NCBI GenBank assembly: GCA_004764695.1
Contig: SMSO01000031.1
Location: 3,386,436 to 3,450,435 of the forward strand
Length of the DNA: 64,000 bases
From: Schizochytrium sp. TIO01
Taxonomy: Eukaryota > Protista > Bigyra: Labyrinthulomycetes
Direction: 5' to 3'
The notes under the pieces are model-generated. The model was not told where the DNA came from. It saw nothing but the letters and a program-made list of their open reading frames with translations, and did no database searches. A program made the position numbers and the translations under genes. This document shows, piece by piece, positions 25,829 to 38,200 of the stretch (position 1 is the first letter of the stretch; each line of letters begins with the position of its first letter).

Positions 25829-28800
25829 ATGGATCTAGGCAATACTTCATACGCAGAATTCTCCCAAAGTCCAGAATCCCTCGCTCTTCGTGATTTACGA
25901 GGACAGAACTCAGTTGTTGGTCAACGAAGAAGCAGACGCAATTCGATCTACCAAAGTGAAGAGCCGCAACCCTCCGCTACTGTCACAGGTAGACGAAAAC
26001 GAAGGTCTAAAGGAAATAATAATCTAGAAGGAAATGGTGATCAATCAAACAAGAAGTCAGGATCTCAAATATACCCAGCATCAATAGACCAAGGTAGTGA
26101 TGCAATTGCTTTGAGCGATGGCAAGCCACCATTTAGTACAGATTATAATGGTTCGTTGCGAGGCCTTGTTAATTCCATCGGTAATTTAGTACTCTTCAGG
26201 AGGCATGGTACTGATCGATTGCGTTTTCGTCGCTGGCTACAAAGAATAATGGTTAGCACATGGGTCGGCTTCTTTGTTGACTTCACCAACATTATTCTTT
26301 CAGGAGTGTCATGTATTTTATATGTGTGGGAAACATATGACGATGAACGTAAGCAACTGTTTGAGACCATTGATACTGCATTCTGTGCATTTTTTGGATT
26401 GGACTATATTCTACGAGTTTTTCTAGCGGACGACCGGTTGAAGTATATTCGAAGCCCAATGGCATCGATCGATCTACTTACTCTGGTTCCCGTGATTTTT
26501 GCTTTCGTTAACATTGGCGCTGAATTTATGCTTGCATATCAGCTCATCCGTGTCTTGCGAGTATTGAGAATTGTCAGAATTAATCGTTTCATTCTACAGA
26601 ATACGACATCCGAAGTAAGCCAGCAAATAACGTTGCTTGTCACGACAGTCATCACTGCGGGCTTCTTCTGTGCAGGACTAGTTCATATATTTGAGAACAA
26701 CTATCGAGAGTCGCACCTTTTAGCAACACTCCAATTTCATGAAGCACTGTGTAAGTTATCCCACTCATGTTGATCCTCTTGAACATTACGATAGGATTCT
26801 CTGTGTAAGTACTAACCTGGGAATTAATTGCTTTTTCAAACCCGAAACAAAATATGCTGGAGAACAGATTTCGTCGTTGTGACAATCTCCACTGTCGGAT
26901 ATGGTGATATCAATCCCGAAAGTGATCTGTCCAAGCTTGCTGTTACAATCCTTATTTGCGCTGCCTTGGTGTATATTCCTAAGAGCACCAATCATCTGGT
27001 GACATTAATGTCTTCTCGCTCTATCTATGCACGAAATCGTTTCAATCCTGCACCTGGAACAGACTTTGTTGTTGTATGTGGCTCCCTTGATGTCATGGCT
27101 GCTCGTGCCTTCTTGACAGAGCTCTTTCATGAAGACCACGGAAGCGTTGATCTTCAAGCCGTTCTTCTCTGTGAGCAGCTCCCTTCGACAGCAATGGAGA
27201 ATATGCTGAGAACCCAATACAGCATCAATGTAACGTACTTACAAGGTTCTCCTTTGGACCCCAATGACCTACTACGTGCAAGTGTGTTGCGTTGCAAAAC
27301 TTGTTTCTTACTATGCAATAAGTTCACGAACGATGCAGACACTGAAGACGCGGCGACAATTTTGCGAGCCCTTTCAATCAAACGTTTTGTTTTACAGTAT
27401 ACTGGAAAGGATATCCGCACCTGTGTTCAGCTTTTGCGCCTTGAGAATAAGCAACACTTCACCTTGAGCCATGAAATAATGATGAAAGATCACGTATCAA
27501 ATGATCTAAGCGATGACGGGGGTACAGGAACAGGCTTTCAATTTGGAGGCGCAATGGCCTCAAAAATTGGACAACGAATGCATCATAACACATCACTCAC
27601 AAAATTTAGCTCTCATGGTAGTGAAGCAAGAAGTGAAGATGATTTGGATAATGCCAATACTTTGAAGACACGCATCCAGCCTTCCTTTCGAGAAGACCCG
27701 CTTGTGTGCGTCAACGAGATTAAAATGAACCTTCTTGCCCAGGCTTGTTTATGCCCTGGAGTAATCACTATGATAGGAAATCTTGTAATGTCTGTTGATG
27801 CTCCAGAGAACTCGGATCAAGGACAAGAATGGCTAGAAGAGTACAACGAGGGGAGCGAATTTGAGATTTACCGTACAAAGTTGTCTCATATTTTTCGTAA
27901 TGTTCCATTTTCCAAAGCATCTCAGCTTGTTCATTCAGCAACAGGAGCTCTTATGTTCGCCTTGGAGCTCAATTGCGCTGGTCTTTCCAGAGTAATCATG
28001 AATCCTGGTCATTTCCTCATCCCAGACATAGATGAATACGATGTCCATTGTTTTGTCATTGCTCAAGATTTGGAGTCTGCAGATCTTGGTGATCTTGATG
28101 TAGCATACCGTTCGTTCACACACACACAGATTAGCTCTGCAAAAAAGGGAGCTCGTTCTTTGAGTCGGTTATACACTGTACAGCGCTCAGATGACCCAAG
28201 GCAAGAGCTTGCACATCAGATTGTTACAGCAAAAGTACGCCGACATAGCATGCATGAGAGCAGTGGAGGTAAAACAACTGGTAGCGATGTAGCCGCATCT
28301 AGTAATGCACTCCCAACACCAGAAGAAATACGAAGAGCATCATTGTCTGCTTTAAACTCTACAAACGGGGCAAAAGCTAGAGGGTGGGGTATTTTGAAGA
28401 ACACGTTAGCCAAAACTAAGGCTGACCAGGCCCCTTCGAATGAGCATCAGATCGATAACTTGCAAGATCCAGATGCAGAGAGTTATTTTACTCTTGATTC
28501 GCCCATGCCTTTAGAGCAAATCACTGTTCAGACCTCACTCAATCGAGACTTTCCAAATGTCTCTGGCCATGTTATTATTTGTGGTAATCTCTCGGGACTG
28601 TTTATTCTTATACGCACTTTGCGTGCTCGACATCTCGCTAAAATGCTCCCTGTTGTTATCCTACATCAGGAACCGTTGCCATTTCACGTGTGGAATCAAA
28701 TATCTCAATTCCCCTTAATATATTTTGTCCAAGGATCAGCAACAGAACGGAGAGACTTAAGTCGTGCAGGAGCACAGTTTGCATCACGCGCAATCGTACT

Positions 28801-29785
28801 TGCAAAGTCTCGAGACGCACAAAATGTAGCTGGTGATGAAACAATGAGCGATGCGTATGCAATTTTTGCTCATCAAGGAATTATTGGCCTGAATAAAAAC
28901 ATCCAAATTGTCACTGAGCTTATCAACGAGTCCAATGTTGGATTTCTTGATGTTGGTGGAGACAAAAGTTCCGGGGACTGCCTGAAACCACAGCAGCAGC
29001 AGTCTTTTTCTGAGAGACATGTAAACAAGACTGTCGCAAATGCTTCTTATTACACGGCTGTTCAATTCATTGCGGGTATTGTATACTCCCCATCAATGTT
29101 AGACACCCTCATTTGCCAATCCTTTTACAATCCACATATTACAACAGTATTCCAGCAGCTCATTGCAGGAAAATCAGGAGATGAGCCAATACAGAACCAA
29201 GAAGGTTTTCAAGGTAAGACGGAGGACTTGGTCCAGATAGCCATGCAAAAGCAGTTCGTCCAAGAAGTTGCTCAAAGCCATTTATTCCAAATTCCCGTTC
29301 CTAGGGAAATGCAAGACAGTACTTACGGTGACCTTTTCGAAAGTCTTTCGCAAGATTACGGCATGGTCCCACTAGGCCTACTTCGAGGTGTACATTCACG
29401 CTTATCAGATCATTACAAAGGAAATCATATCCCATACGTCTTTACAAACCCTCCTCGGAAGACGCGGCTATCACGCGCAGATAAAGTGTTTGTACTTTCC
29501 AAAGATGCACCTAGTAGTAAATTAGCAGGCGTACCTCTTGCGGATCTCTTCGACAATGTATCACAACTTGCGAAAGGCGTAAATAGTGCAAACATTATTC
29601 CAAAAAATGATGTTTCTGCTAAATTATCTGCTAGTGAGATCGATGCCCATACTGTTGAAAAACTCTCAGCAGATATCAAGGAACTTCACGAAGCTATGAC
29701 TGAAATTAAACGTGCGCTGGGGCTTCCCCAGGGCATTGCAAGACCATCTATTCAAGAAGAAGAGATCCCACACATTACGATGTAG
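25829..29785 (+). CDS. Slo/BK-family (KCa) potassium channel. Exons 25829-26750 and 26868-29785, about 1279 aa
   Basis: The intron 26751-26867 (GTAAGT...ACAG) restores EALYFVVVTISTVGYGD (pore). S4 RVLRVLRIVRINR. RCK1: FVVVCG, FHEDH, YLQGSPL..DLLRA, DAATILRALSIK, EIKMNLLAQACLCPG. RCK2: GHVIICG, YFVQGS, IVTELINESN, MLDTLICQSFYNP. Confidence 0.92.
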
Positions 29786-30861
29786 GCTTTTCTTCATCAT
29801 TTTTATGCATTAAAAAGGAAGAACACCATTTGGGCTTGATTTTAGCCTCCTGTCATAGCATTTTTTCTCTGCGGAGTTAAGGTTTCATTTTAATATCATG
29901 CCGTTCATCCATTTGAACTTTCATTGCACAGCTCGTTATGAATGTATCTTTTAAAATTTCTATTCTAGTATTTTTTTTAATGAAGACAGCAGCACTGAAT
30001 TCAGCTTAGATTTTGCGTTTTTGAGAAATTCTTACCCTTGGGTTCTTCATCACAAACACCTACCATGAGTTGGTTTCAATATCCAAAGTTGTTTGAAATC
30101 AAATATATATGTTTATTTTAAAAAAATTAACTCCACATATTGGTTGTAAACTTTCCAAGATTATGCATTACTTCTTTTTTTCTTTGAAAAAAATACTAAA
30201 CAGCTTTTAGCCTCAGCAAAAACAGGGGCCTTCAAAACAGTGGAGGGCGGCAAGAATTTTCACGTTCTTCATCCTGATTAAAATCGAAGTGACTGTACTT
30301 TAAGGGGGACAAATCCTTGTCTTGACTTAGAGCGAAGATTGCTGCCTAGCTCTTTTTATTAAAGAACTCCAAAAGGAGTTTCATCATCGACCTTCTTCCG
30401 CTTCTTTATGTTCTCCACTTTCATCAAGGACCCAATAGATGAACTTGCTTCATTACTATCCTTATCATTCAAGGAATCCGTTGGGTTCTCCGTCAATCAT
30501 CACACATAAAACTTTTGGAGAAAAGGCGAATATAATGAAAGGGATAAAATGAAATGTTTTTTAATTGAAAGAAAGAGAGAAGCAACGCTATGAAAAAGGA
30601 GACCTTGCCTTTCTAGGTTCGCAAACTACTTTGATCGAGTGACTACTGCGCAGCATCGTGCGACTTGTATTCAACCTAATTTTCGTGAGAGCCAGAAGGC
30701 ACGCCACGATATCAGCGCCCGCGAAAGGTAGAGTCAAACTGAGACGCTCTGCTAACCGCTTTTGTTCATCAGCCCCGTGTATAACGAAACGAGAAGTGAA
30801 GCGGTTTGAGCGCGGCCAAACAGTACCAACAACTGTACAAGTCTTCGCAAGAATCACAAAA

Positions 30862-31905
30862 ATGGTGGACGCTGTAGATTATAAATTTAAGATTGAGTGG
30901 TATGACGAACTTGCCGGGAGACCACGTCCTTACGTGCTTACGTACTTTGAAAATCCGGGGTCAACGCCGAATGAGGTTGCAATTTTTGACCTCAGCAAAA
31001 AGCGTGTATTCCTCAAGCGTGGGCCTTACAAGGACGTAAGCCTTGAGGATTTATATGAGGGTGCCCAGGTCACAATTTATGCTCGGCAATTCAAAGTGAC
31101 TGGCTATGCAGACGACAAAACCCAAGCACACTTCACAAGTGATCGAGGGCTCGTCACAATTGTTATTCCTGGATCTGCTTACCGCGATTTTGGTCTTGTC
31201 ATCTCTATTGCTCAGGACGCAGGGTTCTCTCTCATTAAGTTGAAGACCTTGAACGATTCTTCCTCTGCCAATGGCATTGCACTCGCTCTGGAGCTCGTTG
31301 GTCCTACCGGTGGCTGCCGCACCGACGAAGATCTACGAAATGCCTTATTTCGAGGAGCCCCAGAGGAAGGTTGCAGACTTGCCGAGGTGAGACTTTCTGA
31401 TGCAAACACTACTAAATTGTTTTCTGGGCCCAGTACTACTGCTACTTTCGACAATTGTTCTCTTCTGCTCGTTAAGCCTCATGCAGTAAGAGGTGGTAAC
31501 ACTGGCGCAATAGTTTCAGCAGTCACCGACGCGAACTTTGAAGTTTCTGCCATGCAATTGTTTAATCTGAGTAGATCAGAGGTGGAGAACTTCACTGAGG
31601 TCTATCGCGGGGTCATTAACTCAAGTGAATACTCTAATTTAACCCTTGAGCTATCTTCAGGCCCTTGTGTTGCTATCGAGGTTCGTGCAGAGAACTGCGT
31701 CCCAGAGCTAAGAGAGCTATGCGGTCCGCATGATGTTGAGGTTGCTAAAGCCCTACGGCCAAATACTCTCCGTGCTCGTTTTGGAACTGACAAGGTACAA
31801 AACGCGGTTCATTGCACTGATCTTGCTGAAGATGGTGTGCTTGAGTCTCAATACTTTTTTGACATCATGGCTTGTCAGGTTTCGAGTGGATCCTCGCACA
31901 AGTGA
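30862..31905 (+). CDS. NME7: Nucleoside diphosphate kinase 7 (DM10 + NDK), flagellar/centrosomal
   Basis: DM10: YKFKIEWYD...FDLSKKRVFLKR...DLYEGAQVTIYARQFKVTGYAD. NDK: LLVKPHAV, ELSSGPCVAIEV, RELCGPHD...LRPNTLRARFGTDKVQNAVHCTDL..DGVLESQYFF. First NDK domain reduced. ATG at 30862. Confidence 0.92.
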   Translation: MVDAVDYKFKIEWYDELAGRPRPYVLTYFENPGSTPNEVAIFDLSKKRVFLKRGPYKDVSLEDLYEGAQVTIYARQFKVTGYADDKTQAHFTSDRGLVTIVIPGSAYRDFGLVISIAQDAGFSLIKLKTLNDSSSANGIALALELVGPTGGCRTDEDLRNALFRGAPEEGCRLAEVRLSDANTTKLFSGPSTTATFDNCSLLLVKPHAVRGGNTGAIVSAVTDANFEVSAMQLFNLSRSEVENFTEVYRGVINSSEYSNLTLELSSGPCVAIEVRAENCVPELRELCGPHDVEVAKALRPNTLRARFGTDKVQNAVHCTDLAEDGVLESQYFFDIMACQVSSGSSHK

Positions 31906-32225
31906 TCCACACTTTTTTTTAACATAACAGTTTTAACATTTTGTAAGATGACAAAAGTTCATATCTAGTCTCGGCTTTGTGCCTCAATCATTAACGGTGA
32001 TCTAACTTCACATCAGTTTGATTTGTTTGTTTCTTCTCTGGAAGCTCGCAAAAGAATGCTTCCACTTTTCTCCGAGATTGATGGAACTCATCAAATTTCA
32101 AATCTTATCACAATGAATAAATGATAGTAACTTCCAATCATGCACCACCACTAGCATCTTATAATTGGGAAGAGAATGAGTCATAATTCTTAAATAAACT
32201 TAAATCTCTAAAGGTAACATGTAGT

Positions 32226-35200
32226 TTATGAAGGAGTATCCTGCAGCTGCTTGGATAATGCTACAGTCCAAGACTCGCTCACAATGTCAGCTTCTGTTGT
32301 CAAAAATTGAATGACTAATGGACTTTCCCGTATAATTGAGTTCTTGATGATGTCTTGAAGCATCAAATTTAATCCGTATTGTCGCTGGTTTAATGCAGTT
32401 TTCGAGAGACGCCATACAGAGCGCGCAGGAATAGCAAGGGCAGTCCGGGACTTCTGCAACTGACGCATCAATGCGTCTCGAAGGGTTCGGAACTCAGAAT
32501 ATCTACGCCATACCACCCAAACATCGTTTGATTCCGCTGAAGCAACTACAATCCTGTATGCGACAAATGGTCTGCCAGATCTTGCAATTACCAGTTTACG
32601 GGAAGTAATAATTGCTTTCAAGATGCTCATGCCTGCCACCTGGCAAACCGCAGAAGATGAAACACTTTGGATAGTCAAAGTCTGACCTCTACAAACTTCA
32701 GTCGTATTCCTTTCGAAGTCATCGCTAGAGGTTTTCTCTTCTCTTACTGCTTCGCCATTCTCCTCTAAAGGAGGACTTGAATTCTCGCTCTCATTTCCCT
32801 GATTAGCCTCCCTTTCATCTCTATCCTGAAAGGAACGACGCTTGAGCCAGTCTCCGTCTATACCTTCATCTGATGAACTTGTTGCGCATGTCGCACCGGC
32901 TTCTCCAGATAGAATCATTCGAACATGTTCTTGCACAGCAGCACCGAGTTCTTTAGCACCGGTGGGGTCTTGCACAGCAAGTCGAGCCATCCGCAAGGAC
33001 CGTTCTTGCTCTCGTGACAACGCCACTTCCCTGGCAGGTCCACCTTCCTGAGCCAAAGATACAACTCGACGGACATGATCGGCAGTCTCGGAAGCCTTGC
33101 AATACAAACGCAAACCCATGCGTAAGGGTTCGGCGTCACCAATCTGATCTGCAATACCTGGTGTAACTCGACGTGAAAAGGGTTGCTGATTTGCAACGTC
33201 GCGCCGAAGAATTGGCACAACATGAGGCCCAGAAGAAAGAATGATCTCTACAAGTCGTCCAAAACCTGTTATATGCACTGTGCTTAAAGGGGCACTCCAA
33301 AGCGTCTCAGTGGTGCGTACATGCAAAATCAAGACAAGGCCATCCGTCACCAATAAAACTAAAGGATTACGCTCCACGCGTCGCTCAAAGGTGGTAGCAT
33401 CCTCCTCTGAGTGCGAATTGAGCAAGCCTGAAGCGAGCCCCCGTACAGGTGATCCAAATACATACTCATGATATATGTAAGTCTGTGTGTCAGCAATACC
33501 ACAACGCCTAAGTAGATATATGCCGATCGCTTCTCGAACGGAGTAAGGGCCAAGCCGGTTGCCAGCGCGCACCAAGCGAGGCAAACGAATCGGAAGCTGG
33601 TGCTTATGAAGAGTCTCTGTTGTGTTGCGGATGCCCTTAAAAAACATTGCAGAAGCATCGCACATTGCACACAATGGTTTCACAAAGATACCAATAACAG
33701 CTTTGCCAGGACCTGTTACCAAACCAACTAGTCCGCGTGAGTTGATTTCACGGAAGGGGAGGCTGATAACACCAGTCACTGCATCAAGAACGCCCAAGCT
33801 AAGTGCCTCAGAACCAGCCAATGCTCCTTCGACAAAATTGATGGGTTCATGCACGACATCATTCCTTCGGCGGGCTTGGAGTCGAATATAGCGAGCATCC
33901 AAGGAGGCCTGGCTCAACGCACGACTTGCAGACTCAGCAAACTTTTCTAATGAAGATGATACACCATGAGTTGTGCTGCGAACTAGCTCGAGTCCACCTT
34001 TGCGCAAACCTGTGCCAATAGAAAGGTAGCCACCCATTGACATAGCTAAAGCTGGTTCATAAAAGAATGAATAAGCGCCTTGTCCAAAACTACCAATGAG
34101 CTGTACAGGACTTCCTAAAAGGTCTGCGGAGGCCAACAGATTTCCCATTTGAGACAGATTCCCAAGCAATTGCCCCATAATATGCTGCACAAATGTATTT
34201 CGAAGCATCGTTTGAGACAAACTCTCATTAAATATCTGTAGAGCATTGAAGCGAAGTGGTGCATCTGAGATATTTGCTACAGTGTTAACAAGCGCGCTGA
34301 ACAGAGCCGCCAACACCGGTATTCCTTGCATAAGATGAAGAATTTTCAAACGATTATCGTCTCGTGACTCAACATCAGAAGTCATGGTAAAACTCAAGTT
34401 AATTTTGACAGGTTTCAGATCAGCCCTTTCAATGAGTAAACGCGCGCCGGCTTCAGAACCAGATTTCTTCGCGGACAACGTACGCACCCACTGATAAGGA
34501 GATGTCGCGCTGAATGCCCGGCAAATAGCTTCCTTATCGTCTCGTGCCTCTCCCCCTTCACAACTTTCATCGTCATGGCTGCGGTGAAGCTTTGATGAAG
34601 ACTCTTGTGATAAGACATTCGCACGGTCTGCTGACGAGAAAGACGACGCGAACTCTTGAATTGCCGTGAGCCATCGTTCTTCGAGACGAACGTTGACCTC
34701 TTGTAAGAATGCTTCACAATATTCCACGTACATTGAGTTTGAGTCACCAATATCTCTTTTCACAACAGTTAGCAAAGCTGCTGGCCTCATATTTCCTTCA
34801 TCTTGAGAACGCTGAAGTGCATCCAAACGCAAAAAATTGCTTGATTTGCATGAGTCTTCTTGTGCGAGCCATGCATATGGAGAAGGGGCAGCACTCAAAA
34901 CAATTGGATGCACTGGGGAAGGAAGTTGATTGTCTAACTGTATACCTCCGAGGCGAATATCGAGAACTTGCCGCCCATTGCCGTGTTTTGCGGCATAGCA
35001 TCGTAGTTGACTTAGAGAGAAGTATGCAAGTTCGCAGAACCGCGATCTGGTATCGATCAAGGATGCACCAAGTCCTGCAAGACGGACATCACATCCTAAA
35101 TTGATAACATCAGCAGGACGTGGAGCAGAAATACTCCAGCCAACTTCCAGTGATACTTGACCAGCCTGGACATTTCCTGATATAAGAAGTGGACAATTAA

Positions 35201-38200
35201 GCTGATGGCGACGCATTGATGCTGTATTCGTTAGTTCGGGTAGTAAGATGGTCCCTTGCCCCAGGAGAAGGTCTCGTTCACCAGACATTTCTCGTGCTAC
35301 ATTTAGCTCACTGTCAATTTCGATATCATCTCCAAACATGTAAAGGAGCGGGACAAGCACACGCTTGTCAGTATCATTTGTAGAATTTAAATCCAGCGAG
35401 GGAGCTTCTTTCGGGTTACGCGCATACAAAGCAATACGCGCTTGGCGTCCTTCGAGTTCAGCTCCAAATGAAGACAACTCTTGTCTTGCCCGCGCGCGCA
35501 TTGTATCTGCTTCGTCAAATGTAAGCTGTTGCATCCAAGCAATCTGTCCTAGTTCTTGACTTGTCTCAACAGCAGTTGGGACTGCTTCCGGATGAACAGA
35601 CACCATATCCACGCGAAATCGGAGTCGCAGAGGACGAGGTGATGTACTGAGCATGTCACGCAATGCAGACAAACTCCAGTCAGAAGAAAGACGCGTATTT
35701 TGAATACCAACAAGTTCAAGGCCGAGTCTGATACGCGATTTTTGCGAAGCAGGGCTCTCTGAAGCGATACCCCGGATCAAAAAGAGTCCCTCATCAGTGC
35801 GTTCGAGCTGGAGACCCAGAGGTCCGGCTTCATCGAAGTTTTCCTCAAAGTCATAAGACTGAGTTGACGTTCGGTCGGTATAATTTAACTGTTGAGAAGC
35901 TCCTTGCACTTCTTGCGCACGAGGAGCACCACTGTGTGAATCGCTATGCATAACCAAAGGCATGGGATCCGTTCGCAGAATGCGCTCGCCATATGTTACT
36001 ACACAATAAACCTCGATATCGCTGTTCTTCATAGTTTTCTTATATCGCTTCCATCCTACAGAGAAAGGACTTAAATCTTATCAGCTTCAAGAACTGTCAA
36101 GCTAAGTCGCACTTTCACATCTGTGTCAAAATCTTGCAGAGGGTCATTTAATGCAGGATCTCCGTAAATACTGCTTGATGTCGCCATGAAAGATCGCGAC
36201 CGGCTTGTGGAGCTCCGGCGCAACCAATGCCGTCCCCATGAACCCTCAAATCCACCAATTGACCCAAGCGTCTGAATGCTTCTCAAGACACCCCCTTCCT
36301 TCACTAGTTTGTCACGAAGGGACCGCAACAATCTAAGCTCCTGCTCAAAAAGAACTGGAAACCGAATACCTGAAAGCTCAGGTCTCGCACTGGAGGAAGA
36401 TGGAGTGGAGAATAATTGCATGGCAAGACGAACTTGGCCTCGGCGTTTACCTTTATCAGATAATGCCACCCAAAGCTCGACAGGCATACCGCGATCAAGC
36501 ACATCAAAATTCAGAGGCACTTGAGCCTGTCCCATGAAGTCATCAGCCGTAAATAAGTCTTTATCAAAGACTTCCAACTCCAGAATTGATGCGTCGTTTT
36601 CACTTTCAGGAGACGACAAATCAAAATAGAATTCCTCGTCGAAACATGGATGAAGAGACTTCGACACTGTCTTACTCTGTTTTGTTGTTGTTCCGGCGCG
36701 GAATTTCACATAAGGATCACTGGAATACATATCCATCACAGGAAGATCACGAGCTTCCAAAAGAGCAACCCATAGTTGGCTTCCCTTTGGTGAAATTTCA
36801 GTAGTTTCGCTCTCGCCAGTTTCAGTGTTTGTCAAGGATGTGCTTGACCTATAGAAGTTCAAATGGCGTACTTCAAAAGTACTCTCGACCTCAATTTTGA
36901 ATTGGTGACAAGGAGGGCAGCCAGCAGATAAGCGAAACATTGTGACATGTTCATGACGAGTTTGCGATATTTGATAGTATCTCAGATCTTTGCGCACATG
37001 TGACGCAGTGCGGTCATCAAGAAGCACCCAAGAGTCCTTTGTGGGCGCCTCGGCTGGACGTCCATATAACTTCCAACGCCTTGGATGAAGAGATAGCGAT
37101 GAGACTGTGAACGAATAACCCTCAATACTTTCAACAATATCTGTCAAAGTGAAGATCAAATGAGTGCGTGTTGCCGGGGGTGCGGCACTCCTCCAAGCGC
37201 TCAGAGGGTTTCGATCCATAGAAGCACTTGAATGTTTTCCATTGCCATCAACCTCCATCTCAGCTTCCATGACGGTCAAATTATTCAAAAGTAGTTGCTG
37301 GTCGGAAAGTAAACGCGTCTCAATTCGCTCTACATGCTCTTGCAAAGCCTTGCGCACTTGCTGATGAGCTCTGGCTTCTGATAAATCAATGACAGATAGC
37401 ACACGAGTAATACCTTTAATCACGACGCGAATTTCAATTGGAGTTTCCCCAACTTTGACCGTGATAGGCTCCTGTATACTATCAAAGTTGATTGAGATAA
37501 CGCTCCGATGCTTGCCCTTTGCAGCAAATCGAATGGCGTCTAGACCGATCAATTCGAGATGCACCTCAACTGTATGCAATTGACTCGGGTCTGGCCATAT
37601 AAACTCGACATTGTTTTCATCTGGATTAACCAATACCATTCGCGCATGCGGCTGGCGCTGCTGTACAACACCAACGCGAACAAAGGAGCTCAAATTGTCG
37701 ATACGATACTCAAATGCACGGGACGAATGTGGATTACCAAGCATAATACGCACAACATTGTCTACTAGTTCGACATTTGCGGTAATTAAAGTTGAAGCAT
37801 GATGTTTGGCCTTGGTAGCGGCATTAAAAGAACGCTGGATCACAGGAGCAGCTAGGGTGTTATCCGATGTGCACAATTGCAGGGTGGGAGGTTCAGCATC
37901 GTCAGGTGTGAGGAGAAGCAAGTGCTCCTTGACAATATCCAGCCGAAAATGTGGTGACACAAGTAGCTTAGGACGATTATCCTGGGTGTCGTTGCCCAGA
38001 TCATCCTCCATAAATTTGTTCATGTTGATGCCTATTCTGGCAGAAAAGTCCTTATCATCCAAATCGCCATCTCCATTGATGTCAGTGGGGTGGAAAGGCG
38101 TAAAGACACCTGCTTCAAGGCTGAGTTGCCATTCTCCTTCTTTAGCACCAATTTGTTGAAGTTTGGATAGGGAGATTTGTCAAGTTTGCAATGACAAAGC

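Noticed and set aside
14273-31905. A cilia-related gene cluster (TTLL4, TXNDC15-like, NME7)
   Set aside because: The genes are interspersed with unrelated ones, and such genes are common in flagellates. Chance is sufficient.
36030-36120. An intron explaining the last VPS13 break (acceptor-like TTTCTCTGTAG on the minus strand)
   Set aside because: No nearby donor has a compatible phase, and the upstream sequence encodes the first C2 strand. A single missing base is simpler.
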